Shown in pieces: positions 41,155 to 48,367 of a stretch of DNA of 48,367 nt. Positions within the stretch are counted from its first letter, which is position 1; every line of letters begins with the position of its first letter. Below the pieces are notes generated by a model. The model did not search any database. It was not told the DNA's origin and saw only the letters and a list, made by a program, of their open reading frames with translations. The stretch lies in the NCBI GenBank assembly GCA_963577635.1, contig CAUZBA010000001.1, positions 1 through 48,367 on the forward strand, given 5' to 3'. The translations under genes were made by a program, and so were the position numbers. The stretch comes from Phycisphaerae bacterium. Its GTDB lineage: Bacteria; Planctomycetota; Phycisphaerae; Phycisphaerales; Phycisphaeraceae.

Positions 41155-41562
41155 CCGTGGGCACGCACCGTCGTCGCATTTCTTCGCGAGCCGGTACCGG
41201 TTCCTGGCGATCCAGGCGTAGATGGCCCGACACAGAATATTCAGCCCCGGCACCTGGTAGAGCCACGCAAGCCGCCTCCATCCCTTCATGCGGCGCGCGA
41301 TGTGGTAGATCGCGTCGGCACCGACGCTGACCGACGCGTCGCGGTGCACCAGGCGCATGCCGGTGTTGAAGTCGCCCTCCGCGAGCATGGGGAAACGGCG
41401 GTCGATGCCCTCGGCCTGACGCGGCACGTATTCAAATACTTTGTCCGTGTCACGGCTCTTGAACTTCTCGATCTGCCTGGTGCAGAAGGGGCACTCGCCG
41501 TCGTAGATCACGGCCGGCCGAGCGGGTACTTCCGATGTGTCGCATGGTACGGTGGTGCTCAT
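41152..41562 (-). CDS. DCC-family thiol-disulfide oxidoreductase (DUF393)
   Basis: VIYDGECPFCTRQIEKF (CxxC) near the N-terminus, and IYAWIARNRYRL near the C-terminus; 136 aa. Confidence 0.85.
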   Translation of the reverse strand: MSTTVPCDTSEVPARPAVIYDGECPFCTRQIEKFKSRDTDKVFEYVPRQAEGIDRRFPMLAEGDFNTGMRLVHRDASVSVGADAIYHIARRMKGWRRLAWLYQVPGLNILCRAIYAWIARNRYRLAKKCDDGACPR

Positions 41563-41742
41563 CAGGCTCTCATCATTCTATGCGTAAACCTGTCTCGCGG
41601 TGGGGACAATCAGGCAGGCACGCGTTCCTCCGAACGCGCCCTGCGAGCGACCCTGTTGCAATCAGTCGGTGAGGTCCTAGGATAATTCCGTTCGAGTGCG
41701 TATCGCGTTGATAGGGTTCATTCGTACGGGACAGCGGTGATC

Positions 41743-42321
41743 ATGAAGACGTTCAAGATACTGTCATGGGTCGTCGTCGTCGCGGCGACGACCACGTCCG
41801 CCGGCGACATCGAAGAACCGGTCGCGGCCGAGCCTTTCGTCGCCGGTTCCTGGACGATGCAGGCGTACGGTTCGGCGACATTCGGCGACAATTCGGGTGA
41901 ACTTTACCTGGCCCACGTGGGCTTCGGTTACCACCTGTGGGACAACATTTCGTTCAACGCGGAGGTTGTCGGTGGAGGCTTCAACGCCGAAGACGAAGCC
42001 GGTCAAAGCGGCGGCGGCAGTGCTGCCGGTGGGCTCGATCTGCTTATGCGGTACCACTTCTACCGCGGCGACGGCTGGTCGTTATACGGCGACGCAGGTT
42101 CCGGCCTCATTCACGGGAGCATCAGATTTCCGGCGAACGGAACACAGTTAAACTTCACGCCGCAGGCGGGTATCGGCTCGCTCATCGATCTGGACGACAA
42201 CATGTACATGATGGTGGGCGCCCGCTGGCACCATGTCTCCAACGCCCGCATGAAGGGCATCGATCAGAACCCCGGTTACGACGGCGCCATGATCTATGCG
42301 GGGTTGATGTTCAGGTTCTAA
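41743..42321 (+). CDS. PagL-like lipid A 3-O-deacylase / acyloxyacyl hydrolase beta-barrel
   Basis: Signal peptide MKTFKILSWVVVVAATTTSAG. An ~190-aa beta-barrel-like sequence with ARWHHVSNA (His/Ser catalytic motif), ending YAGLMFRF. A GTG at 41737 is an alternative start. Confidence 0.75.
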   Translation: MKTFKILSWVVVVAATTTSAGDIEEPVAAEPFVAGSWTMQAYGSATFGDNSGELYLAHVGFGYHLWDNISFNAEVVGGGFNAEDEAGQSGGGSAAGGLDLLMRYHFYRGDGWSLYGDAGSGLIHGSIRFPANGTQLNFTPQAGIGSLIDLDDNMYMMVGARWHHVSNARMKGIDQNPGYDGAMIYAGLMFRF

Positions 42322-42336
42322 GGGCAAGCGACGGTT

Positions 42337-42486
42337 GGGGAAGAGCGGAAGAACGAAAAAGCGGAAAAGCAGAAATTCGGATAAGTAGTCCTGCTCCCCT
42401 CTTTCCTGCTCTCTTGCTTTCTGTTTTCCTGCTTTCTTCCCCCCTTCGTCGCTTTTTCTCTTCGATTCTTTGTCCCTCCCTTCCCC
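42337..42486. repeat. purine-arm/pyrimidine-arm foldback repeat (E3)
   Basis: GGGGAAGAGCGGAAGAACGAAAAAGCGGAAAAGCAGAAATTCGGATAAG ... CTTTCCTGCTCTCTTGCTTTCTGTTTTCCTGCTTTCTTCCCC...CCCTCCCTTCCCC. It lies immediately upstream of leuS. Confidence 0.75.
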
Positions 42487-42505
42487 GTCTCATATCCTGT
42501 CCTCG

Positions 42506-45355
42506 ATGAAATACGACTTTGGCGCCATCGAGCAGCGCTGGCAGGCGTACTGGGACGAGCACCGGACGTTCGCGGCTCCGAACCCGGGCGACGAGGGATT
42601 CGACCCGGACAAGCCGAAGTATTACGTCCTGGCGATGTTTCCATATCCGTCGGGCGCCGGCGCTCACATGGGCCACGCGCTGAACTATTCGTCCACCGAC
42701 ATCGTGGCTCGATACAAGCGAATGACAGGCCACAATGTGCTTCATCCGATCGGCTTCGACGCCTTCGGACTGCCGGCCGAACAGTATGCGGTCGAGCGCG
42801 GGATCCATCCATCGATAACCACAGAGCAGAACATTAGAAATCTGACGAGCCACTTCAGACGGCTGGGGCTCTGCTTCGATTGGGACAGGAGCCTCTCGAC
42901 GACCGATCCGCGCTACTACCGCTGGACCCAGTGGATTTTTCTGCAGATGGTTCATTGCTGGTTTGACCCGGCGGCGGGCGGTGCGAGGCCGATCGACGAG
43001 TTGGAGCAGAAGCTTTCATCGGAACAACTCTACGTAGGGCCGGATGGCGAACTGGTGACGGCTCCGGCCGAAGGGCTCGACGCGATCGGCGGCACGCCTA
43101 TCGGCGTTCGGAAATGGCACGAGTTGTCGCCGGAGGACCAGCGTCAGATCCTCGACAATCACCGGCTGGCATACATCGACGACGTGGAAGTGAATTGGTG
43201 CCCCGCTTTGGGCACGGTCCTGGCCAACGAAGAGATCACCAACGAGGGCCTCAGCGATAGTGGCAACCACCCCGTTTTCAAGCGGCCGCTGCGACAGTGG
43301 ATGCTTCGGATCACCGCGTTCGCAGATCGACTCCTACAGGACCTTGACCTCGTCGACTGGCCCGAGCCGATCAAGATCATGCAACGCAACTGGATCGGCC
43401 GGTCCGAGGGTGCGACCGTTGATTTCGCCCTCGTCAGCCGCGACGACGTCATCAGCGTGTTCACGACGCGCCCCGACACGCTGTTCGGAGCGACCTACAT
43501 GGTCCTGGCGCCCGAGCACCCGATCGTCGATCAGGTCACGGTGCCCGAATGCCGCGACGCCGTGCGAAAATATCAGCATGATTCGCAGTGCCGCAGTGAC
43601 ATCGATCGCATGGCCGAGGCCGGCACCAAGACCGGCGTGTTCACCGGTGCGTACGCGATCAATCCGCTGAATGACGAGAACATTCCGATCTGGATCGCGG
43701 ATTACGTCCTGATGGGCTACGGCACCGGGGCGATCATGGCCGTGCCGGCGCATGACCAGCGGGATCTCGAATTTGCCCGGTGCTTCGGGTTGCCGATCCG
43801 CGCGGTCGTGTTGGCCGACGACAGTTGGCTGGCGGCACACGAGGTGACGGCCGAATCGTATTGCGCCGATCCTTCCGTCGCGGGCGACGCGTTCGTCGGC
43901 AACGGGACGAGCATGGCGTCGGCCAACGAGTACGTGTCGCTAGACGACTTGCCGACTGCCGAAGCAAAATCGCGGATCAGCGAATGGCTGGATGCGCAGG
44001 GTATTGGTCGGCCTCGTGTGCAGTACAAGCTGCGCGACTGGTTGTTCAGCAGGCAGCGCTACTGGGGCGAACCGTTTCCCATACTGCACGGACCGGACGG
44101 GCAGGTCGTGGCGCTCGACGAATCGGATCTTCCGGTCGAACTGCCGCAGATGGAGCAGTTCAAACCGCACGCCACGGATGATCCGAGCGCCCAGGTGCAG
44201 ACGCCGCTGTCGCGCGCGCCGGACGACTGGGTCCGCGTCGACCGGGGTGGAGTGACGTACACGCGCGAATTGAACACGATGCCGCAGTGGGCCGGATCTT
44301 GCTGGTACTACCTGCGGTTCCTCGATCCAGACAACGGCGAACGCTTTGTGCGTCAGGAGGTCGAACAGTATTGGATGTCCGGCGAAGACTCGGAACGGCC
44401 AAACGCCGCGGGAGGAGTCGACCTGTACGTCGGCGGCGTCGAACACGCCGTGCTCCATCTTCTTTACGCGAGGTTCTGGCACAAGGTGCTGTACGATCTG
44501 GGTCACGTCAGCAGTCCCGAACCGTTCGGCCGCCTCTACAACCAGGGTTACATCCAGGCACACGCCTATCGGAACCAGCGCGGCATGTACGTGCCCGCGA
44601 CCGAGATCGAACAGAAAGATGGAGAATTCTTTCATGAGGGCCAGCCCGTGACACGAGAGTTCGGGAAGATGGGCAAGAGCCTCAAGAACTCGGTGGCGCC
44701 GGATGAGATTTGTGATCAATATGGAGCGGATACGCTCCGCCTCTTTCTGATGTATCTGGGGCCGTTGGACCAGTCGAAGCTCTGGAATCCCCGAGACATT
44801 GTCGGCGTGCACCGGTTTCTGCAGCGGTTGTGGCGTAACATGGTTGACGACCAGACCGGGCGGATGCTCGTGTCGCACGAGCCAGCGTCGCTTCCATTGC
44901 AGCGTCTGCAGCACCGGACGATCAAGCGCGTCACGGATGGCCTGGAGCGATTGAGCATCAACACGGCGATCGCCGCGCTGATCGAACTCAACAACGAACT
45001 GATGCCGCTCGAATCGATTCCGCGTGAAACGGCCGAGACGATGATCCTGCTGCTTTCACCGATGGCGCCGCACATCTGCGAGCAGTTGTGGCACATGCTC
45101 GGTCACGAGCGGACACTGGCCTATGAGGACTGGCCGCTCGTCGACGAGGCGCTGCTGATCGAGAAGCGGATCGAATACCCGGTTCAGGTCGCCGGGAAAC
45201 TGCGCAGCCGGGTGGTGGTTCCGGCCGACGCCGCAACATCCGATATCGAAAGCGCCGCGCTGGCCGATCCGAAGGTGCAATCCGCCATCGAAGGCAAGAC
45301 CGTGGAGAAAGTGATCGTGGTCAAAGACAAGATGGTCAACGTCGTCGCCAGGTAA
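42506..45355 (+). CDS. leuS: leucine--tRNA ligase
   Basis: MKYDFGAIEQRWQAYWDEH..., a HIGH-type motif (PYPSGAGAHMGHALNY), the KMSKS variant KMGKSLKN, and a CP1 editing domain; 949 aa. Confidence 0.97.
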   Translation: MKYDFGAIEQRWQAYWDEHRTFAAPNPGDEGFDPDKPKYYVLAMFPYPSGAGAHMGHALNYSSTDIVARYKRMTGHNVLHPIGFDAFGLPAEQYAVERGIHPSITTEQNIRNLTSHFRRLGLCFDWDRSLSTTDPRYYRWTQWIFLQMVHCWFDPAAGGARPIDELEQKLSSEQLYVGPDGELVTAPAEGLDAIGGTPIGVRKWHELSPEDQRQILDNHRLAYIDDVEVNWCPALGTVLANEEITNEGLSDSGNHPVFKRPLRQWMLRITAFADRLLQDLDLVDWPEPIKIMQRNWIGRSEGATVDFALVSRDDVISVFTTRPDTLFGATYMVLAPEHPIVDQVTVPECRDAVRKYQHDSQCRSDIDRMAEAGTKTGVFTGAYAINPLNDENIPIWIADYVLMGYGTGAIMAVPAHDQRDLEFARCFGLPIRAVVLADDSWLAAHEVTAESYCADPSVAGDAFVGNGTSMASANEYVSLDDLPTAEAKSRISEWLDAQGIGRPRVQYKLRDWLFSRQRYWGEPFPILHGPDGQVVALDESDLPVELPQMEQFKPHATDDPSAQVQTPLSRAPDDWVRVDRGGVTYTRELNTMPQWAGSCWYYLRFLDPDNGERFVRQEVEQYWMSGEDSERPNAAGGVDLYVGGVEHAVLHLLYARFWHKVLYDLGHVSSPEPFGRLYNQGYIQAHAYRNQRGMYVPATEIEQKDGEFFHEGQPVTREFGKMGKSLKNSVAPDEICDQYGADTLRLFLMYLGPLDQSKLWNPRDIVGVHRFLQRLWRNMVDDQTGRMLVSHEPASLPLQRLQHRTIKRVTDGLERLSINTAIAALIELNNELMPLESIPRETAETMILLLSPMAPHICEQLWHMLGHERTLAYEDWPLVDEALLIEKRIEYPVQVAGKLRSRVVVPADAATSDIESAALADPKVQSAIEGKTVEKVIVVKDKMVNVVAR

Positions 45356-45574
45356 TCTGTCGCGCCGCCCGGGGGTGTGCCTAGAATTTCCGGGTGCGGG
45401 CCGCCGCACGCCAGGAGAAGCCGGAAACGGGCAGGTTCGCTGCGGTGTCGCGGCCACCCATCCTGTGGCGGGTCGCCCCGATCGAACGTGCGTCTTGACC
45501 CCGAGATTGTCGTGCTCAAACGAATCAATCATCCAGGTCGTGTCCCGCGGTTCGGCAGCCGGCCGGCGCCGCGC

Positions 45575-48175
45575 ATGTGGCGCCGATCGCTGATTCTCGG
45601 TATCGGTGCCGCGGCCGTCGTGTGCGCGACCACTGTGGCCGTGGCCCGCCACGGTTCCAGCGAGATCGCCCGGCTGGTCAAGCAACTCGGCCATCCGCGA
45701 TACGAGCTGCGCGAGGACGCGGAAAAAGTCCTCGTGCGGATCGGCATGCCCGCGGCCGCGGGCCTTCGGGATGCCATGGACCATCCGCTGCCGGAAATTC
45801 GCCATCGCGTGCGTCGGGCCCTGCGCGGGATCACACGTCTGACACCCCAGCAGCAGGGCGTCAAGCGAAAGGAGGCGCAAAGCGCGTTCAGGGCAGGCGA
45901 TTTCGAGAGCATGCTGCAGCGATACGCGCATCTCGCGATGGGGGACACCGTCGTGTACCAGGACTTGTTGTGGCTCGGCCACGCACACCAGCTCCTGAAT
46001 GATTGGCCCGGCGCCGTCAGTGCTTACGATCGCGCACTTCACACCCTGGACCGCAGGCATCAGAAGGATCTGAACCGTCGGCTCGATGCCGAACGACAAC
46101 GGCAGATCAAGGATGCGGAGGTCCACGGGCAACATCCGGCCGTCGCCCAAGTGCTGGCGCTACGGCGCAGAAAAGCCATGCAACAGCAATTTCGCGCCCA
46201 GAATGCTCACCACGTCAGGACGCTCGCGACCTATCGACTCTTGATCGGCCGCATTCAGCGTGATGTTCTGAAGGATCTGCCCGCGGCGGCACGCTCGTTT
46301 GTTGACGGGGTCCGCGATCTGAAAGGCGCCAATGAGCAGATCCCGGATCTGATTTCAGAACTCATCGAGCGAGATGCTTCCCCGAATCCGTTGCCCCCGC
46401 AATCACAACTGCTTTACCCCTTGACGGTGATGAGGGAACTGGCCGAAACCCACTTGCAGCTCGGCCGGATCGACGACGCGATCGACGCCTGGAACCGCCA
46501 CAACCTGATTGGCCTATTCAACGCCGCCCGCCCGAATCTGGAAATCCACGCCATAGCGCGACTGGCCAGGCAAAGGGATGCGGCAGTGCCGATGCCGCCG
46601 CTCGCCGCCGTGGAAGTGATGAGCGACCGCAACGCGCGCGTCGTGTATGACCTGGACAACCCTGCCACCAGAGGGCGAGCCTACCAGGTGATCGCCTCGG
46701 CCGGCAGCCGCAGTTGGCGGTTCGCCCTGATGCCGGACACGGGGTTGGAGTTCGACACCGTGCAGATTGAGTGCGAATTCGAGCGGAAAGAGCCGAACGT
46801 CGATGGTCGAGTGCGATGTTGGGGCGTTGGCGGCCCGCAAGGCAACCGTCACGTGCAGATCGGCGAAGTGGACTGGCCGCCCGGCGCGGGTGACGGCCGC
46901 AGGAATCACGATGTGCGTTATGAGTTTCCTTCCGGAATCGACATGATGCACCTGGAGTCGGTTCAAGGGGACGAGGCGTTCAACGTGCACCGAATAGAGG
47001 TCAACGCGACATTCAGGCCGCGTGTGGAACCGGCGGAACCGGGAGATATCTGGGCCAGGGTAGAGATCGAAACGCTACCCGCCGACGGGTTGCTGCAGCG
47101 CAATGGCGCACACGTCGTCCACGGCGGCGTGATGCCGTTAAAACCCGGGGAATACGACTTTCACTATGCGGTTCCCGGCCACCGCGAGGTGCTTCGGACA
47201 CAGTTGACACTCGAGGCGGGGCGGACGTATGGCCTGTTGATCAATCTGGACAGCCCGTTCCGCTCACGGCTCACGGATTTACGCGGATTCGGAACTTCGT
47301 ACAGTGCCGACCCGAACCTGGTTCGCCTCGCCGATGGCCGATGGCTCGTCGTGTTCTGTCGCGATTACGAGAACATCATGATCAGTACCAGCGACGATGG
47401 AATTCGGTGGGATGAGCCGTGGCCATTGCCGTTCAACGACGTATGCAAGACGGTTGCGCCGTCGCTTTTCGTGGACGTAGACGGGTCCATCTGGCTCACG
47501 TATTTCTCGAACCGGTTGCACCTAGAGCCGGTCGGCACGGCCGGCTATCGGTTGTGGCTGACACGCACGGAGGACGGTCGCGAATGGTCGCGTCCGCGTC
47601 CGATCGAGTTCGGCGGCTTCGGAGGCTGGCCTGCGGGCTCCGCCCGGATCACACGCCATCCAGACGGGCGCTACTGGATGTTCTGGCGCGACTACGCCGG
47701 ATCCGCGTCGTCGCTCGACGAACTGACAGATTTGACGTCACTCGCGATGGGCCGAAAGCACAAGCTGGCGGTGGGCAGCCCGCACGTGACGATCGCGCCC
47801 GATGGCGTTTTTCATATGGTGTTCACCAATCACCATCGCGATATTCGCTATTGCCGTTCGAGCGAAGGCAGGAAGTGGACCGAGCCGCTGAAGCTGGTTG
47901 AGGACCGACGCACGGTGGGGGATGCGCAGCTGTTTCTCGACGACGGGCGCGTCGCCCTGGTGTACGAGACCAGGGCCGGAATGTTTTTGTGCCGCGGCAC
48001 TCTCAAGGACGCGCCGGTTCTGGGCGATCCGGTCAAGATCTCACGCCGCGCCACATCGCTGTTCGGGTTCAAGGCACACCTCACGCCCGACGGCGACATG
48101 CTCATTCTTGCCGGCCAGGACACTGTCTGGCTGATGCGCGCCAGGATGCAGGACGTGCTGGGGCGCCGCGAGTGA
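45575..48175 (+). CDS. multidomain secreted/anchored protein: HEAT-like + TPR-like + PEGA-like + BNR/Asp-box (sialidase-like) beta-propeller
   Basis: ATG at 45575 gives MWRRSLILGIGAAAVVCATTVAVA. HEAT-like LVKQLGHPRYELREDAEKVLVRIGMPAAAGLRDAMDHPLPEIRHRV. Three Asp-box-like motifs (STSDDGIRW, TRTEDGREW, RSSEGRKW) in the C-terminal third. The start could be further upstream within ORF 45377. Confidence 0.7.
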   Translation: MWRRSLILGIGAAAVVCATTVAVARHGSSEIARLVKQLGHPRYELREDAEKVLVRIGMPAAAGLRDAMDHPLPEIRHRVRRALRGITRLTPQQQGVKRKEAQSAFRAGDFESMLQRYAHLAMGDTVVYQDLLWLGHAHQLLNDWPGAVSAYDRALHTLDRRHQKDLNRRLDAERQRQIKDAEVHGQHPAVAQVLALRRRKAMQQQFRAQNAHHVRTLATYRLLIGRIQRDVLKDLPAAARSFVDGVRDLKGANEQIPDLISELIERDASPNPLPPQSQLLYPLTVMRELAETHLQLGRIDDAIDAWNRHNLIGLFNAARPNLEIHAIARLARQRDAAVPMPPLAAVEVMSDRNARVVYDLDNPATRGRAYQVIASAGSRSWRFALMPDTGLEFDTVQIECEFERKEPNVDGRVRCWGVGGPQGNRHVQIGEVDWPPGAGDGRRNHDVRYEFPSGIDMMHLESVQGDEAFNVHRIEVNATFRPRVEPAEPGDIWARVEIETLPADGLLQRNGAHVVHGGVMPLKPGEYDFHYAVPGHREVLRTQLTLEAGRTYGLLINLDSPFRSRLTDLRGFGTSYSADPNLVRLADGRWLVVFCRDYENIMISTSDDGIRWDEPWPLPFNDVCKTVAPSLFVDVDGSIWLTYFSNRLHLEPVGTAGYRLWLTRTEDGREWSRPRPIEFGGFGGWPAGSARITRHPDGRYWMFWRDYAGSASSLDELTDLTSLAMGRKHKLAVGSPHVTIAPDGVFHMVFTNHHRDIRYCRSSEGRKWTEPLKLVEDRRTVGDAQLFLDDGRVALVYETRAGMFLCRGTLKDAPVLGDPVKISRRATSLFGFKAHLTPDGDMLILAGQDTVWLMRARMQDVLGRRE

Positions 48176-48186
48176 CACGCGAGCCA

Positions 48187-48367
48187 GGGGGATCGCCACA
48201 GAGGACACAGAGAAGAGTGGGGAGGAGGGTCCTGAATGATTCGGATCATTGTTCAAACATTGCAATGAGTTTTCCGGTTGTGCTCGTCGACTGGGTAAGA
48301 ATCAGTACCCGTATCATTGACTTGCTTCCCCTCTCTGTATCCTCTGCGATCTTTGTGGCAAATCCCC
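48187..48367. repeat. foldback repeat F2 (may continue past the window end)
   Basis: GGGGGATCGCCACAGAGGACACAGAGAAGAGTGGGGAGGAGGG...ATGATTCGGATCATTGTTCAAACATTGCA...CTTCCCCTCTCTGTATCCTCTGCGATCTTTGTGGCAAATCCCC. It has the same GCCACAGAGG.CACAGAG arm as F1. Confidence 0.75.

Overview
High-GC (~60-65%) chromosomal segment, probably from a Planctomycetota genome. That placement is an inference from a DUF1570-type protease, an LEPRILFSA-type N-terminus, two ArnT/PMT-like GT-C transferases and an FGE-sulfatase maturase. Most of the window is ordinary housekeeping: rpsU, hppA, rsfS, tilS, dapA, carB, kdsC, kdsD, scpA, dnaB, larB-larE-larC and leuS, plus envelope and secreted proteins. I found no rRNA, tRNA or CRISPR array, and I do not recognise a novel multi-gene (defence-like or similar) system. 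The unusual part is the non-coding layer. (1) A ~160-bp intergenic element occurs in 4 copies, and its 26-28 bp closing stem changes sequence between copies while staying complementary. (2) At least 8-10 foldback repeats have a purine-rich 5' arm and a pyrimidine-rich 3' arm, and they share GGGG...CCCC termini and an ATTCGGAT motif. One carries a low-GC lipoprotein ORF. Two ~313-bp copies bracket larE-larC, supply the stop codons of larB and larC, and contain every available larE start codon. (3) A low-GC island with split IS1380 transposase remnants and a Sel1-repeat gene separates kdsD from kdsC. (4) Several accessory genes are broken: ald by three 1-nt losses, a PadR-partner gene and a YjfB-like gene by one 1-nt loss each, a membrane protein by an in-frame TAG, and a lipoprotein by a 7-nt repeat. 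The long essential genes are intact. All calls rest on reading the translations and the DNA by eye; no database search was possible.
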